Shown here in pieces: positions 52,399 through 60,002 of a stretch of 64,000 bases of DNA. The notes under the pieces were generated by a model, which was not told the DNA's origin, searched no databases, and worked only from the letters and a program-made list of their open reading frames with translations. Source of the DNA: a virus; IMG/VR virus record IMGVR_UViG_3300034105_003891, positions 2,593 to 66,592 of that record; one strand, 5' to 3'. How positions within the stretch are numbered: the first letter of the stretch is position 1; every line of letters begins with the position of its first letter. Made by a program: the position numbers and the translations under genes.

Positions 52399-52491
52399 AT
52401 GTCACAAATACAGTACATATTAGATACATTACATTTAGATCACACAAGTTCGACTTGTGAATCGTCTATTGTAATGAGGAGAGAGTATTGA
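52399..52491 (+). CDS. Attenuator leader peptide 2 (30 aa)
   Basis: MSQIQYILDTLHLDHTSSTCESSIVMRREY; not in ORF track; last codons complementary to the terminator arm. Confidence 0.8.
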   Translation: MSQIQYILDTLHLDHTSSTCESSIVMRREY

Positions 52492-52514
52492 TATTAAGTC
52501 ACATAATAATATCT

Positions 52515-52545
52515 AAAAGGTCTCCTCGCAAAGGAGACCTTTTTT
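52515..52545 (+). terminator. Attenuator terminator 2
   Basis: AAAAGGTCTCCT-CGCAA-AGGAGACCTTTTTT. Confidence 0.9.
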
Positions 52546-52548
52546 ATT

Positions 52549-52568
52549 GTTCATTGAAATAGCGGAAA
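52549..52568 (+). promoter_or_regulatory. boxA-like site
   Basis: GTTCATTGAAATAGCGGAAA, matches 45062 GTTCTTTGACATAACGGAAA at 17/20. Confidence 0.6.
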
Positions 52569-52576
52569 AACAAATT

Positions 52577-52660
52577 GGAGGTGTGGACAGCTGGTTGTCA
52601 AACGGTCTTGAAAATCGTCGCTCGTTTTTCGGGTTGCAGGTTCGAATCCTGTCACCTCCG
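52577..52660 (+). tRNA. tRNA-Ser(TGA)
   Basis: Cloverleaf, long variable arm. Confidence 0.88.
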
Positions 52661-52666
52661 CTAATC

Positions 52667-52752
52667 GGAGATTAATACTAAACGGTGATAGTCCATGCCT
52701 GGAAAGCATCGGGTGCGGGTAACTGCATAGGGTTCGATCCCCTTGATCTCCT
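52667..52752 (+). tRNA. tRNA-Ser(GGA)
   Basis: Cloverleaf, long variable arm; atypical T discriminator. Confidence 0.75.
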
Positions 52753-52790
52753 CTGGCGCTTTTTCGCACAAAGTAAGAAAAAGTAAAACT

Positions 52791-52864
52791 GCTTCCAACG
52801 CATAAGTGGTGGTGCACGGGATTTGTAACCCCGAATAGACTCAGTTCGATCCTGAGTGGAAGCT
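52791..52864 (+). tRNA. tRNA-Thr(TGT)
   Basis: Cloverleaf; loop TT-TGT-AA. Confidence 0.82.
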
Positions 52865-52874
52865 CTATAATCAC

Positions 52875-52957
52875 GGTGCCTTGCCTGAGTGGCTGAAAGG
52901 GGCGGTCTGCAAAACCGCTAGAGAAATCTCGCGTCAGTTCGAATCTGACAGGCACCT
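52875..52957 (+). tRNA. tRNA-Cys(GCA) with long variable arm
   Basis: Loop CT-GCA-AA; U73; extra arm GAG-AAAT-CTC. Confidence 0.82.
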
Positions 52958-52976
52958 CTAATAAAAATTAGTAATC

Positions 52977-53414
52977 ATGGAACAAGACAAAAAAGAAAAA
53001 ATTGAAAAGATCAAAAGGTTCCTTGAAGAAAAAAGGGAAATAGATCGAAGAAATTATCACGAGCTTCGAAGAAAAAAATGGGATAATTTAAAGCCATTTA
53101 AAACACCGCAGGATGTACCAGAAATACCAAAAGTTAGTGAGCAGGAATATAAGGAATATTATATACCAAAACTCATCGAAGCTGGTGCAATTCCAAAAGC
53201 TGAACTCGAAGATGGAGCTTTCTATCTTGGAGATCACAGAAGATGCAAGATTGGTAAATGGAACGCCGCTGAGAATGTCTTTGGGTATTGGAGAAACAAA
53301 TTTGGTAATGGTTTCATTGACAAATGCAACCACTTCGAAGACGATGAGGGATTCGCTTTATTTACTCCAATAAAAAAAGTGACAGAAGAGGAATTTAATA
53401 AAACAAAAGAATAG
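52977..53414 (+). CDS. Hypothetical protein
   Basis: 145-aa ORF inside tRNA block 2. Confidence 0.75.
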   Translation: MEQDKKEKIEKIKRFLEEKREIDRRNYHELRRKKWDNLKPFKTPQDVPEIPKVSEQEYKEYYIPKLIEAGAIPKAELEDGAFYLGDHRRCKIGKWNAAENVFGYWRNKFGNGFIDKCNHFEDDEGFALFTPIKKVTEEEFNKTKE

Positions 53415-53469
53415 CATCTCCCTAGGGAGAAGGCACTGGCTGGCGATCTGGCCTTATAGATCGCAACAT

Positions 53470-53541
53470 GGTGATTGTGGTGTAACGGTAACACGCCTGG
53501 TTGTGGTTCAGGTAATGGCAGTTCGATTCTGCTCTTTCACA
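53470..53541 (+). tRNA. tRNA-His(GTG), degenerate acceptor stem
   Basis: Loop TT-GTG-GT; G-1 present, two T:T mismatches, A73. Confidence 0.65.
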
Positions 53542-53547
53542 CAAAAT

Positions 53548-53632
53548 GCTACTGTGGTGTAATGGAAGCCACGCCAGACTTAAAATCTGGTGTTCAGTAA
53601 TGGACGTGCCGGTTCGATCCCGGCCAGTAGTA
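53548..53632 (+). tRNA. tRNA-Leu(TAA)
   Basis: Cloverleaf, long variable arm. Confidence 0.9.
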
Positions 53633-53637
53633 CAAAA

Positions 53638-53723
53638 AGAGAAGTAAGCATAACGGTACTGCCGCGGATTGCTAATCCGTTCATCATTAATTTGGTGTGT
53701 GGGTTCGAATCCCATCTTCTCTG
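53638..53723 (+). tRNA. tRNA-Ser(GCT)
   Basis: Cloverleaf, long variable arm, G73. Confidence 0.85.
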
Positions 53724-53807
53724 CAAAGATAATTAAAAAAATATCAAAAATTATTTTTTTATCGCGAAAGAATATCATACTTTTGCAATATAATAATAAA
53801 CAAAAAA

Positions 53808-53879
53808 GGTCCTGTAGCTCAGCGGTAGAGCAAGTTCCTCATAAGAACGAGGCCGGGATATCGTAATTCCCCAGGACCA
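53808..53879 (+). tRNA. tRNA with CAT anticodon, probably Ile2 (lysidine)
   Basis: GGTCCTG acceptor, loop CT-CAT-AA; identity inferred; atypical T loop. Confidence 0.7.
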
Positions 53880-53881
53880 CT

Positions 53882-54032
53882 AGAAATAATGGGATTTCCT
53901 ACTTATTGATGTCGACAATCATGGGTAGATCAAGAAATTCATCACCCCCTGAAAAGGAATCTGCCGAGGCCTCGTAAAACTACGATTAAGCAGTTAAGAA
54001 TGGAGCGAGACGGGTACTCCATCATTATTTCT
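53882..54032 (+). ncRNA. Structured RNA candidate, about 150 nt
   Basis: Closed by AGAAATAATG/CATTATTTCT; ATGGAG/CTCCAT hairpin near 3' end. Confidence 0.45.
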
Positions 54033-54037
54033 TAACC

Positions 54038-54110
54038 GCTGCCATCGTCTAACGGTAAAGGACCTATGGTTTTCATCCATAAAATGGGAGTTCGATTCTC
54101 CCTGGCAGTA
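54038..54110 (+). tRNA. tRNA-Glu(TTC)
   Basis: Cloverleaf; loop TT-TTC-AT. Confidence 0.88.
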
Positions 54111-54119
54111 CAAATGGAT

Positions 54120-54319
54120 ATGAGATGTCCATCAGTCTTTGATCTAAGACTCATTTAACAATAGATTGGCTATTGGACCGGACAGCCTTAACGACGGTCT
54201 CGTGGGAAATAAAAGGCAGGTAACAGAGCCTCCCAGTAGTTTGACTAATTTCACCGGGTAAGACCAGCAGGTTTATTGAAAAGTAAGAAAACCGATCTAT
54301 CCACACCGAAATATCTCAT
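54120..54319 (+). ncRNA. Structured RNA candidate, about 200 nt
   Basis: ATGAGATGT/ATATCTCAT and ATAGATTGG/CCGATCTAT nested stems. Confidence 0.45.
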
Positions 54320-54331
54320 CGGTGGCAATTT

Positions 54332-54403
54332 GGTCCATTCGTTCAACGGCTAGGATGCTACCCTGTCACGGTAGAGAAGAGATTTCGATTATCTCATGGA
54401 CCG
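54332..54403 (+). tRNA. tRNA-Asp(GTC)
   Basis: Cloverleaf; loop CT-GTC-AC; G73. Confidence 0.88.
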
Positions 54404-54452
54404 CAAAGCTTTGAATTAATTACCCAAAGCATGACAGGTTCGAAACTGTCGA

Positions 54453-54543
54453 TTGATTATGGTGTAAAGGTGCACAGTAGAACGGAGTAGCCGTGGAGGC
54501 GAAAGGGGAAACAGGATTGGAGTTCAAATCTCCTTTAATCAGC
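54453..54543 (+). ncRNA. tRNA-like RNA without a canonical anticodon arm
   Basis: TTGATTA/TAATCAG acceptor, D-like arm, GGAG-TTCAAAT-CTCC T arm. Confidence 0.5.
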
Positions 54544-54544
54544 T

Positions 54545-54615
54545 TGCGTAAAAGTGTAAAGGTTGCATGGGACCCTCATAAGGTCTACGGGCCGGATCGT
54601 TCCCGGAATACGCTA
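54545..54615 (+). tRNA. Atypical tRNA with CAT anticodon
   Basis: GGACC-CTCATAA-GGTCT; mismatched acceptor ends. Confidence 0.55.
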
Positions 54616-54619
54616 CTAC

Positions 54620-54654
54620 AAGCCATGGCTTTACCGGATGCCATGGCTTTTTTG
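54620..54654 (+). terminator. Terminator ending tRNA block 2
   Basis: AAGCCATGGC...GCCATGGCTT plus T-run. Confidence 0.8.
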
Positions 54655-54712
54655 TTTCCCGCGAAAATAGTTTCTACCTCTTAGATATATAACAGAAATA
54701 AAAAAATTCGAT

Positions 54713-55042
54713 ATGAAAAATATAGAAACGTTTGAGAACTTTATCAACGAGGAATCGGAAAATGAGATATCAGAAAAAATGAATGCAGGATTTAGAGCTT
54801 ATCTAGATAAACAAAAAGCTAAAAGAGAAGCTAAATCAGGGGATAAACCAAAAAGCAAAGCAAAGCCTGATTTTCTAGATCTTGATAAGGACGGAGACAA
54901 GGACGAGACAATGAAAAAAGCAGCAGCCGATAAAAAAGAAAATGATGGCGAGCCAGCAAATACTCCAAAAAAGGGACTAACTGATAAACAAAAAACCCTA
55001 CCAAAAGCCTTACAAGCAGCTATTCTTAAAAAACAGAAATAA
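54713..55042 (+). CDS. Small charged virion-type protein
   Basis: MKNIETFENFINEE; KPDFLDLDKDGDKDETMKKAA motif. Confidence 0.7.
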   Translation: MKNIETFENFINEESENEISEKMNAGFRAYLDKQKAKREAKSGDKPKSKAKPDFLDLDKDGDKDETMKKAAADKKENDGEPANTPKKGLTDKQKTLPKALQAAILKKQK

Positions 55043-55163
55043 ATCCCACAATAGTTAAAAAAGTCCGATATCCACAATATCGGACTTTTTTGTTTCCCGT
55101 GCAAATAGCCGGATTTTTTTCGAATATATAGCTTGTCGTATTCGATTATAATCAAAGACTTAA

Positions 55164-55970
55164 ATGGGAAATATATTAAACTTCAAAGGGTTTCTTAACG
55201 AAGCAGAAACACAAGATGATGCACATCTACTATTTAACGGTAACACTCTAGATTTTATAGAGGGTGGTAGAGTTGTTAAGTCGTGGCGTGCGTGCTCGGG
55301 AAGAACCTACTATCACTGGTATGTTAAACCAGAATCATGGAAAAAGAGATATAACATGTCACCAGTTGAATGGTCCAAGATTAAATCGGAAGGTCCGATT
55401 CCACAAGGCACATATAAACTTGGTCCGACAGAAGAGAGAGATCTTAATGCAAGGTGGAGAAACGACGAGAACTTTGCCAAACTAACTCTTGCTAAACAAA
55501 CAGTCCTTCTGCTTCCAGATAATGATGTCACATTAAACACGGATGATTTCAAGAAGATAACAGACCCATCCAGAATAGCATGGGGTAATTTTAGATTTGC
55601 ATTAACCCCACAAAAAGGAGCTAACTCGTTCGGGAGAGGTGGTTTCTTTTTGCATGGGGGTAGCTTACCGGGTTCGATTGGCTGTATTGATCTTGTTACA
55701 GGGATAAAAGATTTTGGACAGTTCTATAAAGATTGGCTACAAAAAACTGGTAACACCACGATAGATCTTATTGTTGATTATAAAACTTTTGACAAAAACG
55801 AAACCATCGATGTTGACACCCAACCTTATAAGATGAACTATGATCCTCTGGCACCAGATGCAGGGTATAAAAAATGGTACGATGAAAGCGATGCACAGAT
55901 AAAGGATATATTATCAACTAATAAAGTAAGAATGGATTATGATAAAGTCCTTTCCCGAAGAAGAAATTAA
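55164..55970 (+). CDS. Tlde1/DUF2778-like L,D-transpeptidase-fold protein
   Basis: GPIPQGTY, RGGFFLHGG...GSIGCI (His...Cys). Confidence 0.75.
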   Translation: MGNILNFKGFLNEAETQDDAHLLFNGNTLDFIEGGRVVKSWRACSGRTYYHWYVKPESWKKRYNMSPVEWSKIKSEGPIPQGTYKLGPTEERDLNARWRNDENFAKLTLAKQTVLLLPDNDVTLNTDDFKKITDPSRIAWGNFRFALTPQKGANSFGRGGFFLHGGSLPGSIGCIDLVTGIKDFGQFYKDWLQKTGNTTIDLIVDYKTFDKNETIDVDTQPYKMNYDPLAPDAGYKKWYDESDAQIKDILSTNKVRMDYDKVLSRRRN

Positions 55971-56017
55971 ATCATCAAGATTGAATATATACAGAGAAGC
56001 AAAAAAATCAAACCAAA

Positions 56018-56650
56018 ATGGCATATAGAATATTATTAAGAAGAGACTCATTAGGAAACTGGCAATCAAATAATCCGGTTCTATTATCTGGTGAACCTGG
56101 CTACGAAACCAACACAGGAAAACTTAAAGTTGGTGACGGTATTACCCCATGGAATCAACTTAGTTATTACTATGGTGCAACTGGAGGTACTGGTGCAACT
56201 GGTCCTATCGGTGCAACTGGACCAACTGGATCTATCGGTGTAACTGGAGCAATGGGGGTTACTGGTCCAACTGGTTCAATAGGGGTTACTGGTCCAACTG
56301 GTTCAATAGGTCCAACTGGTGCAACAGGATTGGATTTTTCACTAATATTAACAAATGAACAGACTGGAAATTATTCATTGGAACTTATCGATAAAAACAA
56401 GATTGTAAATATTACATCCACAAATCCACAGTCACTTCTATTAATTCCTGCTGATGCTTCCGATAATTTTGAAGCTGGATCTAAAATATTAATATCAAGA
56501 GGAGGCACTGGTGGCGTTGGAATAACTGGAGAGGGGGGAGTTATTATTAAAACAGCTCAAGGATTTTTAAATCTAAAATATCAATATTCTGTTGCGATAT
56601 TATTGAAAAATGAAAGTAACACATGGACACTGTTTGGTGATCTTTCTTAA
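56018..56650 (+). CDS. Fibre protein, Mtd/hyaluronidase-N-like domain plus collagen repeats
   Basis: RRD...W...[23 protein letters not shown]; GxT triplets. Confidence 0.8.
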   Translation: MAYRILLRRDSLGNWQSNNPVLLSGEPGYETNTGKLKVGDGITPWNQLSYYYGATGGTGATGPIGATGPTGSIGVTGAMGVTGPTGSIGVTGPTGSIGPTGATGLDFSLILTNEQTGNYSLELIDKNKIVNITSTNPQSLLLIPADASDNFEAGSKILISRGGTGGVGITGEGGVIIKTAQGFLNLKYQYSVAILLKNESNTWTLFGDLS

Positions 56651-56665
56651 AAAATATAAATATTA

Positions 56666-58690
56666 ATGGCATTTAGAGTTCAGATAAGAAGGGATCCATC
56701 GGGAAAATGGATAGTAAATAATCCAATTCTACTAAGTGGTGAATTTGGTTATGAAACTGATACCACTCTAATAAAGATAGGAGACGGTGTAACGCCATGG
56801 GTCTATCTTCCTTATTGGGGAGGTGGTAATAGTGGAGGCGGTGCTACTGGAGCAACAGGAGCAACTGGTACAAGTGGTTCCTCAGGAACTAGTGGTTCAT
56901 CAGGAACTAGTGGAGCAACAGGAGATCCAGGATCTAGCGGTTCATCAGGAACTAGTGGAGCAACAGGAGATCCAGGATCTAGCGGTTCATCAGGAACTAG
57001 CGGTTCATCAGGAACTAGCGGGGATGCAGGAGCAACAGGAGATCCAGGATCTAGTGGTTCATCAGGATCTAGTGGTTCATCAGGAACTAGTGGTTCATCA
57101 GGAACTAGTGGTTCATCAGGAACTAGTGGTTCATCAGGAACTAGTGGTTCATCAGGAACTAGTGGTTCATCAGGAACTAGCGGGGATACAGGAGCAACAG
57201 GAGCTCCAGGAACTAGTGGTTCATCAGGAACTAGTGGAGCAACGGGAGCAACAGGGGCAACCGGTAATAATGGGGTTAGCTCAGGCCAAGTCTATTATTT
57301 TAACAACTCAATTTCACAAACACCTGCGCCATATAAGCAAATCGAAAAGCTACCATCAGGAGCAGCTCAACAAAGTATATTAAGGACCACTACAGGATCT
57401 ACTCCAGTTTTAGTGCAGGAATTTATTACTGATTCATTGGATGTAATTATTATACCACCAGGGTTTCAGAGATTCCATTTACATTTTCTGAAAGAAGGGC
57501 AAAGCAATGCAACAAATTGCTATGCAACCATACAACTTGCAGACTCCACAGGCACACCATTTGGGGATACTATATCAACAAATCAATCAGAAATTGGCTG
57601 GTTTAATAGCTCATTATCAGTTGAAACTTATGTGGATTTGGTTATACCTGCTTCTTTTTTTATAGATGTCACGGATAGAATGATCGTAAAACTTTATGTG
57701 GTTGATCAGGGTTCAGGAAGTCATGATGTTACTTGGTACACGGAAGGAACCGAAAATTATTCATATGTGATTACATCTCTGAGTGTTAATTCAACATCAG
57801 GAACTAGTGGTTCATCAGGAACTAGCGGAGCAACTGGATCTAATGGTTCATCAGGAACTAGCGGAGCAACCGGAGCAACTGGATCTAGTGGTTCATCAGG
57901 AACTAGTGGTTCATCAGGAACCAGCGGTTCATCAGGAACATCTGGATTAATAGGATCATTATCCGCAATAGGCCCTTCTCCTAACGCTAACGCTGCTACA
58001 CTGACAGGTAGCGTATTAAACCTACAACCTGCATCTGCTTCTTTTGGGGGTGTTGTAACAACAGGAACACAATTTTTTGCTGGTAATAAGACATTTAGTG
58101 GTCAAACTATTCTTGGTGGCGGAGATATTGGCACTCCATTTAATGGATTAGCACCACAAGCAACAGCAGGTTCTACAGGCGGGGGTGTGTTTGATATAAG
58201 AAATACTAATACCTCTGTAGTGGCTGGAAACACTATAGGGACATTACAATTTTCTGTAAAAGATGACCAATCTGTCGGCTATACAAATGCACAGATAAAA
58301 ACATTAGTAAGTACAGATTCTGGAAGTGGTTCTTCTGGTACATCAGAATTAGTGTTTTTAATAAATGCTGGTGGAGGTGGAGGTGCTCCAATTGAAAGAA
58401 TGAGATTGAATAATGTTGGGTTATTACTTACTAATCAAACAGCATCTACAATAGCTTCATTTAATGCTAATAAAAATGTAGTTAGTTTACCACTTGCAAC
58501 ATATCCAAGTCTAACAGAATTAGCCACTGTAAAGGGGGTTACCGGCGGTACCATACAAGCACAATTAGATAATAAAATTTCTAAAAATACTGGAGGTACA
58601 TATACAACAAATGCTATCACAACGGTTAGTGCAGCTGAATATGCAGCAATAGGAACAAAAAATCCTGACACACTTTATTTTATAATATAA
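56666..58690 (+). CDS. Long fibre protein with GTS/GSS collagen-like repeats
   Basis: Same N-terminal domain; two G-X-Y tracts. Confidence 0.8.
   Translation: MAFRVQIRRDPSGKWIVNNPILLSGEFGYETDTTLIKIGDGVTPWVYLPYWGGGNSGGGATGATGATGTSGSSGTSGSSGTSGATGDPGSSGSSGTSGATGDPGSSGSSGTSGSSGTSGDAGATGDPGSSGSSGSSGSSGTSGSSGTSGSSGTSGSSGTSGSSGTSGSSGTSGDTGATGAPGTSGSSGTSGATGATGATGNNGVSSGQVYYFNNSISQTPAPYKQIEKLPSGAAQQSILRTTTGSTPVLVQEFITDSLDVIIIPPGFQRFHLHFLKEGQSNATNCYATIQLADSTGTPFGDTISTNQSEIGWFNSSLSVETYVDLVIPASFFIDVTDRMIVKLYVVDQGSGSHDVTWYTEGTENYSYVITSLSVNSTSGTSGSSGTSGATGSNGSSGTSGATGATGSSGSSGTSGSSGTSGSSGTSGLIGSLSAIGPSPNANAATLTGSVLNLQPASASFGGVVTTGTQFFAGNKTFSGQTILGGGDIGTPFNGLAPQATAGSTGGGVFDIRNTNTSVVAGNTIGTLQFSVKDDQSVGYTNAQIKTLVSTDSGSGSSGTSELVFLINAGGGGGAPIERMRLNNVGLLLTNQTASTIASFNANKNVVSLPLATYPSLTELATVKGVTGGTIQAQLDNKISKNTGGTYTTNAITTVSAAEYAAIGTKNPDTLYFII
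57083..57172 (+). repeat. Five perfect 18-bp tandem repeats GGAACTAGTGGTTCATCA
   Basis: Encode GTSGSS; further dispersed copies 56870-57940. Confidence 0.9.
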
Positions 58691-59673
58691 TGGGAAATGT
58701 TGCATTAGGTCTAAATAATTTATCGAATATAAAATTTGGAGATAACCAGGTGTCATCAGTTTATCTTGGGACCAATTTGGTGTGGAGTAGTTATACTTAT
58801 ATTTTGGATCTATATGGTCCTGCATATCATGCTTATTCACTTAGAAAACTAAGTAGCACCTACACAGGTAAAGCTATGAGAGTAAGAAGATTAACAAGCA
58901 CACCATCCGCAGTGACCACTACTGTAGATGTTGCTTTCGATTCAAATAATAGAGTAAGTTTGGATAGCGCAATTAATTTCATTTCCGGATCACCGACAAC
59001 GGCAGGAAATTTAGGACAGTTTGCTGCTGCTGTAGCATCGGGCTATACAAACCCAGACGGTGTTAATACTAACATGGATATTTTTGTTGTAACGTGGTTT
59101 GACCAAAGTGGCAATACTAAAAACCCAACACAAGCATCAACACCTTTACAACCAAAGATAGTGAGCGCGGGAATATTAGAAGGGATAGATGGTAGTGCAG
59201 GAGTTAGATTTACATCTGCAAGTTCTCAGTTTTTAAATTTAATTGATTCATCCACTTCTTATAACAATATGTCTTGTTACGCATTAGGAAACTCTTTATC
59301 AGCAACAGTAAACACATCTATTTATGGGCAAGGACATTTTGGGGTAAATGCAAGGTTATTTTTACCACAAGGTCCGAATATATCTTATAATACATTTGAT
59401 ACTTTTCCTATTGCAGATATTACTGCAAATGTTGATAGATTGTATGAATTAATATGTGGTGCAGCTACAACAAGTGCTTATTCAAATGGAACACAATCAT
59501 CTGTTGTATCAGTTCCTTCTGTAAGTGTTGCTAATATTTATATCAGAATTGGTGCAAATGGCTCTCCATCTGTTTTTATGAATGGACACGTAAAAGAAGT
59601 GATAGCTTTTATAGGAACAGCAAACAGAACAAATATAGAAACAAACATAAATCAATATTACACGGTATGGTAA
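58690..59673 (+). CDS. LamG/ConA-like putative receptor-binding protein
   Basis: AYSLRKL...VTWFDQSGN...IETNINQYY. Confidence 0.7.
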   Translation: MGNVALGLNNLSNIKFGDNQVSSVYLGTNLVWSSYTYILDLYGPAYHAYSLRKLSSTYTGKAMRVRRLTSTPSAVTTTVDVAFDSNNRVSLDSAINFISGSPTTAGNLGQFAAAVASGYTNPDGVNTNMDIFVVTWFDQSGNTKNPTQASTPLQPKIVSAGILEGIDGSAGVRFTSASSQFLNLIDSSTSYNNMSCYALGNSLSATVNTSIYGQGHFGVNARLFLPQGPNISYNTFDTFPIADITANVDRLYELICGAATTSAYSNGTQSSVVSVPSVSVANIYIRIGANGSPSVFMNGHVKEVIAFIGTANRTNIETNINQYYTVW

Positions 59674-59867
59674 AAATGGGATTCAAATACAACACGTTAG
59701 AAGAGGCACAGGCAGCATTAGAGATGGCAAATACTTTCTTTGGATTGCCCTGTGCAGAATCTTTAAGATGTGCAGATATCGAAGAGGGTGATGGTTTTTG
59801 GTACATGTCAGCATTTAGATTAGAGGAAGCCTTAGGTGATCCTGTAGAAATAGAAATAATCGAGTAA
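59667..59867 (+). CDS. Small acidic protein, possible fibre assembly factor
   Basis: Coupled to the preceding gene. Confidence 0.5.
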   Translation: MVKMGFKYNTLEEAQAALEMANTFFGLPCAESLRCADIEEGDGFWYMSAFRLEEALGDPVEIEIIE

Positions 59868-60002
59868 AAGATATGACAAATCAGGATAAAAAATTCATAT
59901 TGTTTTGGGTATATGTTATTGTGTCATCTGTATCTGTTTTATATTTAACTCATCAGATATAACAATTTAATTATAAACCCATAACCAAAATAAAAGGAAA
60001 CA

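Noticed and set aside
52551-53866. ORFs 52551-52955, 53422-53778 and 53669-53866
   Set aside because: They overlap tRNA genes; shadow frames
54453-54543. Canonical tRNA-Leu(TAG)
   Set aside because: TAG sits in a 5-nt loop at the wrong position; kept as tRNA-like RNA
56823-57383. VVHQEL-repeat ORF
   Set aside because: Alternate frame of the 18-bp repeats in the fibre gene
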